A stretch of 62,435 nt of DNA, counting the filler, from Pirum gemmata (lineage: Eukaryota), in NCBI GenBank assembly GCA_002812295.1. It is 23 parts of 23 records of this genome, joined end to end, with 100 filler letters (N's around TTAATTAATTAA, not from the genome) between each part and the next. Parts side by side here need not be neighbours in the genome. Positions count along the whole stretch, not along the records: positions 38,043 to 41,280 come from PDIN01007695.1; positions 41,381 to 43,569 come from PDIN01007696.1; positions 43,670 to 47,276 come from PDIN01007697.1; positions 47,377 to 49,584 come from PDIN01007698.1; 19 more parts are not named here. The stretch is one strand, 5' to 3'. The notes beneath the pieces were generated by a model. It searched no databases and was not told the DNA's origin. It was given only the letters and a program-made list of their open reading frames with translations. Of this stretch, positions 38,560-49,541 are shown in pieces (the first letter of the stretch is position 1; the number at the start of each line of letters is the position of its first letter). Both the position numbers and the translations under genes were made by a program.

Positions 38560-39015
38560 CGGTTAGGGTTAGGGTTGGGATTAAGGTTCGGGTTAGGGTT
38601 GGGATAAAGGTTAGGGTTATGGTTGGGATTAAGGTTAGGGTTAGGGTTGGGATTAAGGTTAGGGTTAGGGTTGGGATTAAGGTTAAGGTTAGGGTTGGGA
38701 TTAAGGTTAAGGTTAGGGTTAGGGATGGGATTAAGGTTAGGGTTCGGGATTAAAGTTAGGATTAGAGTTGGGATTAGGGTTAGGGTTAGGGTTAGGGTTA
38801 GGGTTAAGGTTAGGGTTAGGGTTAGGGTTGGGATTAAAGTTAGGGTTAGGGTTGGGATTAAAGTTAAGGTTAGGGTTGGGATTAAGGTTAACATTAGGGT
38901 TGCGTTAAGGTTAGGGTTAGGGGCAGGGTTGGGATTAAGGTTAGGGTTAGGGTTAGGGTTGGGATTAAGGTTAGGGTTAGGGTTGGGATTAGGGTTAGGG
39001 TTAGGGTTGGGATTA
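38560..39015 (+). repeat. Variant telomeric array (TTAGGG mixed with TTGGGA and TTAAGG, ~24-bp higher-order unit)
   Basis: Repeated GGGATTAAGGTTAGGGTTAGGGTT units. Confidence 0.85.
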
Positions 39016-39229
39016 NNNNNNNNNNNNNNNNNNNNNNNNNNNNNNNNNNNNNNNNNNNNNNNNNNNNNNNNNNNNNNNNNNNNNNNNNNNNNNNNNNNNN
39101 NNNAATAATAATAATAATTAATAATATTAATTAATAATAATAACAACAACAATAATAATAATAATAACAGAAGATGTGAATATAGATAAACAAATAAAAG
39201 AATCGATTCAACCGATAAAAGTTATATTC

Positions 39230-40504
39230 ATTATATTTTAGCCTGAACATAATTTTTTGTCGAACAATCCTTTAAATTCAAACAGCAAGCTTTTCATGTA
39301 CTCCCTATTATTACTTCCAGCTTTGCTTTCATTACCGAATTTACATAATTCAAAATGTTTATCCAATTATCCAACCTGACAATCAATAAATAATAATGGT
39401 AGTAATGATATTTTTTTACCCAGACATGTAATCCAACAATTAATAATAAACAAATAAATAATAATAATATATTAATGATAATAATAATAATCATAATTAA
39501 AATAAGAATAATACGAATAATAACAAAATGTTTTGAAAATAACTAAACAGATATTTGATTCGAATACATTTTTGTCAAAGAATAATTTTTTATCGAACAA
39601 TCCTTTAAATTCAAACTACAAGCTTTTCATGTATGTGCTCACGATTATTACTTCAGCTTTGCCTTCATTACCAAATTTACATAGTTGATTTATATATATA
39701 TATATATAACCCAACAACCGATAATAAAAACAATAATTGAAAATAACTAAATTAATATTTGATTCGAATACATTTTAGTTAAAGCATAATTTTCTATCAA
39801 ACAATCCTTTAAATTCAAACTACAAGCTTTTCATGTATTGTGCTCACGATTATTACTTCATATGTGCTTTTCATTACCAAATTTACATAATTCAAAATTT
39901 TTTATATATATCAAACCCAACAACCAATAATAAAAACAATATGTTTAAGCTTTACAGTTTTTCGCTTTGACAGTGGTATTATATATATATAAATTCGTTA
40001 GGATTGTTATTAACAATGTATTAAAGTTTATTTAAGTTTATTTCTAATATTAACGAGTTTGTGTATTTACGATATTTAGTAATTTTCATTGCTGTCATTT
40101 TTCGTATGCTTTTTACTGCACCTTTTATACAACATCCCACGAAGACCGTACAAGTATTCTATTTCAAGTATTTCTTGTATCATAAAGACGAAAAGACAAT
40201 GCCCAAATCTCCTTGGGCTTCTGTTCTTTTTACTTTTAACACTCTTTACTTATCTTCCGAACTCGAAACTCACCTCAGACATTCGAGCTGTGACAAAAAG
40301 TTATTTTTTACCCAGTCATCTGACCCATCAAATAATAATAATAATAATAATAATTATAATAATAATGATAATAATAATAATAAATAATAATAATAATGAT
40401 AATAATAATAATAATGATACTAACAATAATAATAATAATAATAATAATGATAAGAACAATACTAATAATAATAACAATTAACAATAATAATAATAACAAT
40501 TAAC

Positions 40505-40536
<32 letters not shown>

Positions 40537-41070
40537 GATTCAAAAATAATTAAACAAATACAAGAAATTGATTTAACTGGTAAAAAGAAGTTTTATTAAA
40601 TAAATTTTAGTTAGGAAACAATTTTTTTATCAAACGATTGTTCTTTTTAAATTCAAACAACAAGCTATTCATGTGCCCATGATTATTACTTCCAGCTTTG
40701 CTTTTATTACCTAATTTACCAATTCACAAAATTTTACCCAATCATCTAACCCAACAATTATTGGTAAATAAATGATAATAACAATAATAATGTACGAATA
40801 AAAGATTTCAATATAAATAAATAAATAAATAAAAGAATTGATTAACCAATAAAAAGAAGTTTTATTAAATAAATTTTAGTGGAAAATTGATTTTTTCATC
40901 GAACAATGGGTGTCTCCTTTAGATTCAACAACAAGCTTTTCATGCGCTCACGATTATTACTTCCAGCTTTGTTTTTATTACCAAATTCACACAATTCACA
41001 AATTTTTACCCAATCATCTCCATTAGGCACGGTTGACGTGGATGGTGTAAAACTATAGCTTGTAGCTCTA
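39230..41070 (-). repeat. Five diverged tandem copies of a ~150-bp exon-like segment
   Basis: CGAACAAT..TTTAAATTCAAAC..CAAGCTTTTCATG..GATTATTACTTCCAGCTTTG near 39260, 39593, 39797, 40630 and 40899; only the last copy keeps an open frame behind an AG acceptor. Confidence 0.75.
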
Positions 41071-41240
41071 AAATATAAAAACATTTGAAACTAATTAATA
41101 AAACATGCATAACAATAACAATAACAAAAACAATAACAATAACAATATCATTTAATGATAAAACGCTAAAAAATATTAATACTAATACTAATACTACTAC
41201 CACCACCACTACTACTAGTACTACTACCACTACCACTACC

Positions 41241-41280
<40 letters not shown>

Positions 41281-42032
41281 NNNNNNNNNNNNNNNNNNNN
41301 NNNNNNNNNNNNNNNNNNNNNNNNTTAATTAATTAANNNNNNNNNNNNNNNNNNNNNNNNNNNNNNNNNNNNNNNNNNNNAAAAAAAAAAAAAAAAAAAA
41401 AAATGTGGGGTGATAATGAAATTAAAATAAATTCGAGCAACTCATTTTTGGTGTTCGAACATATGTTAAACATCAAAATTATAAAATATTTCGAATTCAA
41501 AACTTACGTAATTTACATCCTCTACTTTGAGCACATGCGCTGTAGTCTAGCTAGCTAGCTACTAGCTAGTACCCCTAGCTAGTATCATAGCTAGCTAGGT
41601 AGTTTTTCAGCTGTTTTGAATTATAAAATAAATAGTACCAAATTAATATAATATAAATCCATTTAATTTAATCTGGTATGTTTTCTATCTAAATATTTAT
41701 TTAAAAATATCATTTTAAATATTATAAACCTCCAAATAAATGGCACGATAGACTACTCTAGCTAGCTAGCTAGTCTAGCTAGACGGGGGTTACTACTAGA
41801 TCGTGCTTTTCAGTCTAGCTAGTGCTTTTCAGTTTTGTCATCATAAAATATACAATAAAGGGTACCAAATTAATAAAATATAAATCCATTTCATTTAATT
41901 TGGTATATTATATTATATATTTATTCATTTAAAAATATCAATTTAAATATTATAACCAACCAAATAAATATTCAGAGTGACAAAATAAATGAAAAGCACA
42001 TTTGGCATTGTCTATTTCATCTATTTCATTAC

Positions 42033-42223
42033 TATTGTTCTCTCAATCTTTAATTTGGTAACTTTTAAGTGTATAATTGAACTTATTTATAAAATAAAAC
42101 ATTAGATAGAAAATACCAAATTAATTAAAACATGTCCGATAGTTTAACAATAATAATAATTTGGTATGTTTATTTCAGTTTTTGAACTGGACAACAAACA
42201 CTAGTCTATTGAAAAACATGATA
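42033..42223. mobile_element. Repeat/MITE family B (~190 bp; ends TTGAAAAACACGATA), exemplar copy
   Basis: Copies near 23335, 36181/37140 (split), 49685, 52290, 53330 and three reverse tandem copies at about 45975-46735; shares the terminus and TACCAAATT motifs with family A. Confidence 0.8.
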
Positions 42224-42789
42224 CACTAGCTAGACTGATGCTTTTCTTATTTTGCTAAAAAAAAAAATGTGTATCCAGATGTCGATTAAAGAGTTTTAAA
42301 TACCAATCTAGATGTCTTATTTGACAAAAATACCCTTCTAGATTCAATTCTATGCAACTTTTCCTTTTTGTCAAAAATGATTATCATACTGTTATCATAA
42401 TAATATCATGTTGTATTTTATAGCTTATTTTATACACTGGTCAAATACAGCTTCAAATACCCCCTACCTACCTACCCCTCGACATTAATTTCCTATCAAA
42501 TACCACCTACCTACCTACCCCTTGACGTGATGTATTATTTTAACGTTCCCTGAATATAGACCTAGACGATATAAATAAAATCAGCATGCATGGTTAACGA
42601 ACTTACGATAGCTGTTTGTGGCTTTTGAGTACTAGTAGTGTTCTCAACTGCGAAAGTTGGAGAGGTGAGATAAATATTAATATGAAAATTTTTAGTTCGA
42701 GCAAAGTAGATCGTGAAAACAAACTCCTATTATTAATATATGTATATTATAGTTATATTATATATATAATATTATATATTTACCATCAT

Positions 42790-43569
42790 ACCATAACCCT
42801 AACCCTAACTAACCCTAATCCTAAAACCCTAGCCCTAACCCTAACCCTAACCCTAAAACCCTAACGCTAACGCTAACGCTAACGCTAACCCTAACGCTAA
42901 CCCTAATCCTAATCCTAACCCTAACCCTAACCCTAGCCCTAACCCTAATTATAACAGTAGTAGGTTCAACCTACATTATAGTAAAATAACAATATATATA
43001 ATTTTGGAAAATTTATTGTTATTTTACTATAATGTATACGTAGGTTGAACTTACTACTCTAACCCTAACCCTAACCCTAACCCTAACCCTAACCCTAACC
43101 CTAACCCTAACCCTAGCTAACCCTAATCTTAAAACCCTAATTAATTAACCCTAAAACCCTAACCCTAACCCTAACCCTAACCCTAACCCTAATCCTAATC
43201 CTAATCCTAACGCTAACCCTAACGCTAACGCTAACCCTAACCCTAACCCTAACCCTAATTATAACAGTAGTAGCTATAGGTTCAACCTACATCATAGTAA
43301 AATAACAATAATTTTGGAAAATTTATTGTTATTTTACTACTCTAACCCTAACCCTAACCCTAATCCTAACCCTAACCTTAACCCTAACCTTAACCCTAAC
43401 CCTAACCCTAACCCTAATTTATAATCCTAACCCTAACCCTAATCCTAACTGCAACCCTAACCCTGACCCTGACCCTAACCCTAACCCTAACCCTAATTTA
43501 TAATCCAAACCCTAACCCTAATCCTAACCCTGACCCTAACCCTAACCCTGACCCTAACCCTAACCCTGA
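42790..43569 (-). repeat. Degenerate (CCCTAA)n array with an embedded hairpin element
   Basis: CCCTAA, CGCTAA and CCCTGA units; hairpin at about 42957-43057 with a partial second copy at about 43262-43341. Confidence 0.85.
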
Positions 43570-44091
43570 NNNNNNNNNNNNNNNNNNNNNNNNNNNNNNN
43601 NNNNNNNNNNNNNTTAATTAATTAANNNNNNNNNNNNNNNNNNNNNNNNNNNNNNNNNNNNNNNNNNNNTCAAGAAACCAAAAATAATAATAATAATAAA
43701 TAAACAAAAAAAACAAAAAAATAAAAATTAAAAAATAAAAAATAAAAAACAAAAACAAAAACAAAAAGCAAAAAGCAAAAAACAAAAAAAACAAACAACA
43801 AAAAACAAAAAACAAAAAACAAAACCAAAAAACAAAAAACAAAAAACAAAAAAACAAAAAAACAGAAAACAAAAAACAAAAAGCAAAACAACAGGCAAAA
43901 GGCAAAAGGTAAAAGGTAAAAGGCAAAAGGTAAAAGAAAAAGCAAAACCGAAAAATAAAAACCAAAACAACAAAAATAAAACCAAAAAAACGAAAACAAC
44001 AACACCAACAACAACCCCACCAAAAAAAACACACACAAAAATAAAAAAATGCACAAATTAATCAAACAAACAAACAGACAAACAAACTTAC

Positions 44092-44196
44092 AGCAGTGAC
44101 TTCAATAAAAACTTCCCCGCATCTATACGGTACTATGTCATCTTCGTCTTGCATTATCAATTCATTTTCGGCATCTTGTAAATTTTCTTTTACTTT
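44092..44196 (-). CDS. PFDN4: Prefoldin subunit 4, internal exon (absent from the ORF track)
   Basis: KVKENLQDAENELIMQDEDDIVPYRCGEVFIEVTA (35 codons); CTGAC branch site and TAG acceptor; GTAAGT donor at 44091; fits the PFDN4/Gim3 NLEDA..EL.L.D....IPY.IGEVF pattern. Confidence 0.85.
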
Positions 44197-44272
44197 CTAC
44201 GTCAGGCAATTAAATAACAAAACAAAAAAACAAACAAACACAAGATTAAAAAAAGCCAAAAAGATAATAAAA

Positions 44273-45320
44273 TTGTCGTTGTTAATACTAATATCATATT
44301 CTACTATCAATAAAACACCAACAGTAATAATAATACATTTGCTAGTGATATTACCATTACTAAGGGTTAGGGTTAGGGTTAGGGTTCAGGTTAAGGTTGG
44401 GGTTATGATTGGGATTGAGGTTAGGATTATAAACAACCATTTCTACTATTAGTCAAATTATTATTATTACTATAACTGTTACTGTTGCTTTACTGTCACT
44501 GTTATAACCAACCATTTCTACTATTAGTCAAATTATTATTATTACTATAACTGTTACTGCTGTTTACTGTCACTGTTACTGTTACTGTTACTGTTATTAA
44601 AGTGTTCTTATCGTCGTTGTTAATACTAATATCATATTCTTACTATCAATAAAACGCCAATAGTCATAATAATACATTTACTAGGGATATTATAATTACT
44701 AAGGGTTAGGATTGGTGTTAGTGTTAGTGTGAAGGTTGGTGTTAGGGGCAGTGTTAGTGTTAGTGTTAAGGTTGGGGTTAGGATTAGGATTGGGGTTAAG
44801 GTTATAAACAACCATTTCTACTATTAGTCAAGTTATTATTACTATTGTTATATTATTACTATTAATACTATAACTATTACTGTTGCTTTACTGTTACTGT
44901 TACTGTTACTGTTACTGTTATTAAAGTATTCTTATCGTCATTGTTAATACTAATATCATATTCTTACTATCAATAAAACACCAATAGTAATAATAATACA
45001 TTTACTAGGGATATGGTTGGGGTTAGGATTAGGATTGGGGTTAGGATTAGGATTGGGGTTAGGATTAGGATTGGGGTTAGGATTAGGATTGGGGTTAGGG
45101 TTATAAACAACCATTTCTACTATTAGTCAAATTATTATTACTATTGTTATATTATTACTATTATTACTATAACTGTTACTGTTGCTTTACTGTCACTGTT
45201 CCTGTTACTATTCTTAAAGTATTCTTATCGTCGTTGTTAATACTAATATCATATTCTTACTATCAATAAAACACCAATAGTAATAATAATACATTTACTA
45301 GGGATATTATCATTACTATT
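44273..45320. repeat. About 300-330-bp tandem repeat, 3.3 copies, each with a telomere-like segment
   Basis: GTTGTTAATACTAATATCATATTCTTACTATCAATAAAAC recurs near 44278, 44616, 44941 and 45233. Confidence 0.8.
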
Positions 45321-46798
45321 ATTAATTCAATTATTATTACTATTATTACCATACCCATATATAATCTCACTCTAATCTTACGCTAATCCCTATAACACTA
45401 ACCTTACTAACCCTAACCTTTATCCTAATCCCAACTAACCCTAACCCTAACCCTAGCCCTAACCCTAACCCTAACCCTAGCCCTAGCCCTAACCCTAACC
45501 CTAACTAATCCTAATACTAATACTAACCGTAACCGTAACCGTAACTTCACCGCAATAATGGATACTAAAATATCAACAGCTACAACAAGAACTTTTTTCA
45601 TCATTCACAGACCCAATCAAGCACAGTAATACCAACCACACCACTCTTACCCTGCCACTGCCAGTACACTACAACACCATCAACAACACCAGCATAACAA
45701 CATCCATAATGCTATTACTATTACTATTGTTATTGTTACTGCTGATACTATAGTATTCCTATCGTTATTATTAATAATATCATCATGATTTTACGATTAA
45801 TAGAAAATTATTAACAATAATACATTGTCAGGAATACTATCATTACTGGTATTAATACAATTATTATTATTTATTATTATTATTATTTATTATTATTNNN
45901 NNNNNNNNNNNATTATCATTATTATTATTATTATTATTATTTTTATTTATTTATTTTTAATTAAAAAATAACCACTTTCATCGAGAGGACAATTAAAATG
46001 AAATAGACGCTATTTATCAGTATAATCATATACCACATAGTAATGATAGTGTTCACTTTTATTTTGTTCAGTTCAAAAACTGAAATAAGCGTACCAAAAT
46101 TATCATTATAGTAAAACTATCGGGCATGTTTTAACTAATTTTGTTTTATATAATTAATATTGTATTTTATAAACAAGTACAATTATGTTCTTTAAAGATA
46201 GAGGACTGTAACTGTAATGACATAGACGCTATGATCAGTATAATAATGATAGTATTCATGGTTACTTTTGTCCAGTTCAAAAACTGAAAATAAAAGTACC
46301 AGTTATTATTATAGTAAAACTATCAAGCATGTTTTAACTCATTTGGTATTTTATAAGTAAAATTGTATTTTATAATTAATATTGTATTTTATAAAAAATT
46401 CCAATTATACACTTAAGCAGTACCAAAATTAAAAATCAAGAAGACAACTGTGATAAAATAGACACTCTTTATCAGTATAATAATGATAGTATTCATGGTT
46501 ACTTACTTAAGTCCAGTTCAAAAACAGAAATAAACGTACCAACTAATTATTATAGTAAAATTATCAGGCATGTTTTAACTAGTTAGGGTTAGGGTTAGGG
46601 TTAGGGTTAGGGTTAGGGTTAGGGTTAGGGTTAGGGTTAGGGTTAGGGTTGGTATTTTATGACTAATAGTGTATTTTTATAAACAAGTCCAATCATACAC
46701 TTGAACAGTACCAAAATAAAAAGAGGACGACTATGATGAATAGAAAATAATTGATTACTGTTTTATAACTTATTTATGATTATTTTATTAATTAATTA

Positions 46799-46963
46799 TT
46801 ACGATCCAGAAACTTCTAGATTAATAGAATTGCCAAATTTACCATACAGTTTAACCTTCAATAGCGACATATCAGTATTAATTTCAGACATTTTTTCTTC
46901 AATTTTCTCAATTTCATCATCGATTTCTTCCTGGGCTTGCTCTAACATGGTTTGTGCTTCAGC
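46799..46963 (-). CDS. PFDN4: Prefoldin subunit 4, last exon (absent from the ORF track)
   Basis: AEAQTMLEQAQEEIDDEIEKIEEKMSEINTDMSLLKVKLYGKFGNSINLEVSGS*; the LK..LY.KFG..INLE ending is diagnostic; phase-0 AG acceptor at 46965-46964. Confidence 0.9.
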   Translation of the reverse strand, partial: AEAQTMLEQAQEEIDDEIEKIEEKMSEINTDMSLLKVKLYGKFGNSINLEVSGS

Positions 46964-47557
46964 CTTAATAAAGTGGGATTAGGGTTATAATAAAGTGGGT
47001 TAGGGTTATAGAGTTAGGGTTAGGGTTATAGTTTAGGGCTTAAGGTTATGGTTTAGGGCTTAAGGTTTGGGGGTAGTGCTGGGGTTGAGGTGTTGACATC
47101 AGGGGTGGTAGGGCTAAGGGTAAGGGTAAGGGTAAGGGTAAGGGTAAGGGTAAGGGTAAGGGTAGGGGTAGGGGTAAGGTAAGGGTTAGGGTTAGGGTTA
47201 AGGTTAGGGTTGAGGTTAGGGCTAGGGTTGAGGTTAGGGTTGGGGTTAGGATTGGGGTTGGGGTTAGGGTTAGGGTNNNNNNNNNNNNNNNNNNNNNNNN
47301 NNNNNNNNNNNNNNNNNNNNTTAATTAATTAANNNNNNNNNNNNNNNNNNNNNNNNNNNNNNNNNNNNNNNNNNNNGGAGTATTAGAAATAAGTTTTTAT
47401 ATGACCCTTTATATAGTTTCAGTTAATTCTGGTATTATTGTTTATTATTATTATTATATGATTAAATTTTATTATTATGATTTATTAATATCATGATTAA
47501 TTAATTATTAAGTTTTTATTAAACATTATGGGGTCTACCAGTAAAAAATCTGGAAGA

Positions 47558-47794
47558 TGGAAAAATCTGAACATGGAATTGAATCTAGAAGAGTATTTTT
47601 GTCAACTAAGACATCTAGATTGGTATGTTAAACTCTTTACTCGACATCTGGATACACATTTTTTTTTTTGAGCAAAATAAAAGATCAAAAAAAATATCGA
47701 TTCAAACGAATTTTAAAGTCTAAAAATACCAATCTAGATGTCTTAGTTGACAAAAACACCCTTCTAGATTCAATTCCATCTTCAGATTTTTCCA
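47558..47794. repeat. Fold-back with ~68-bp inverted arms; related copy near 42270-42350
   Basis: 47558-47626 is the near reverse complement of 47726-47794. Confidence 0.75.
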
Positions 47795-48027
47795 TTATCT
47801 CCTACTTTTGTTTTTTAAAAAATGGATAAAAATAGGAAAAGTAGGATAAAAATAGGAAAAGTAGGATTAATACTTACTATTTTTTTTTTGACAAATTTTA
47901 ATCCTAAAAGAAAGAAAAGATGCTGCTAAAATATACTTTCCTCCTGTCTGGCTATACCAGGTTTTGGAGCTAAAGAAACAAGCAAGCAAGAGAAAAAAAG
48001 TAGACCTAGCTAGCACCGCCAAAATGA

Positions 48028-48281
48028 CCCTAACCCTAACCCTAACCCTAACCCTAACCCTAACCCTAACCCTAACCCTAACCCTAACCCTAACCCTAAC
48101 CCTAACCCTAACCCTAACCCTAACCCTAACCCTAACNNNNNNNNNNNNNNNNNNNNNNNNNNNNNNNNNNNNNNNNACCCTAACCCTAACCCTAACCCTA
48201 ACCCTAACCCTAACCCTAACCCTAACCCTAACCCTAACCCTAACCCTAACCCTAACCCTAACCCTAACCCTAGCCCTAACG
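48028..48281 (-). repeat. Near-perfect (CCCTAA)n array with an internal gap and unique DNA on both sides
   Basis: Direct reading; lies about 120 bp past the stop codon of the membrane-protein gene. Confidence 0.92.
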
Positions 48282-48399
48282 CTAGTAAAATAAACATGGT
48301 AGTTTTCAAAATAAAAAAAACTAAAGACTTTCAGATTTTTTATTATGCCATTTGTATTAAATTGGTGCATTATGGGTTTGAAATTGGTATGGGTTTTAA

Positions 48400-49457
48400 C
48401 TATACTGGTCCTGATTGTGATTGTTTGGCAAGGGAGGACCAATTACCATCATAAATACTGATAATAAACAGCATATCATGAATGGCAATAGCCATAGTTA
48501 GTAACCACATTAAAAACGCAAACACAGTACTAGTGATCCACGTGTTCTCATCTACCTCACTAAATTGATTGTAAGTCACTGAAGCCAACAAAATCGCGGC
48601 CACACCAACGAAAAAAGTAGCGAGAAAATCTAAAACAAATAAAACCCACGCAAAGGGTTTTTTTGTAATTATTGTCGCGTTTTTCCAGTACAAAACTGCA
48701 AAAACTACCGAAATAACTAAAAAATAAAAAAAATGAGCTAGTAACATATAAAAAGCCACCCAAACCACACCGTCTTTTGCAAAATTGTAAGTCAAATTTA
48801 AGTTAACGACCATACACCAAGTGATAAAAGTGATAATAGTCCCAAACACACGTCCAACATACCATATCTTAGCAACCAAAGAAGTAAACTTATAAATTCT
48901 CACAAACCTGATCCACAACAAAATCACAAAAACTAAACTAAGAATAGTCATAACAGCCAGCATAATAGAAGTACCGATTGTAGCTGGTGTATTGGTTGTT
49001 AAAACTTCAATTGGCACTATTTCAATTGTAGCACTGTTGTCATCCATAGCCACCACGTTCATCAATAAATTAGAAAATGGGTCAGTAAAACTTTCACCAA
49101 TTTGCATGCATCCATAATTATCAATTTCTAACGAAGAAGCACCAGTATTATCACCATCCAGATTATCATTTCCAGCTTTGTACCTCAATTTATTATCATC
49201 ACCGTATATTCCTTGAATATACATAGCAGACTTATCACTAATCTCGTTGACGACATGTACACTAACACAACCCATCGATGGAAAATCTGCAGGTTTTTCA
49301 TTGCTCTTTAAGTAACGGTGGGCAAAATCAAACATGTATACTAATTTTTGGTTTTCGGGTGCTTCGGAATTGTAAGGGAAATCACCATTACTACTGAGGG
49401 TATGGGTGACCGATATGATACCACTAGGTAGTACAGGATTTGTTTCGCTAGCTTGTC
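48400..49457 (-). CDS. Terminal exon of a multi-pass (about 5 TM) membrane protein with a preceding beta-rich ectodomain
   Basis: Frame open from an AG acceptor at 49459-49458 (QASETNPVLPSG...) through the 311-aa ORF; five hydrophobic segments; GESFTDP...VVAMDDNSATIEI before TM1. Confidence 0.8.
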
Positions 49458-49463
49458 CTTTTT

Positions 49464-49541
<78 letters not shown>

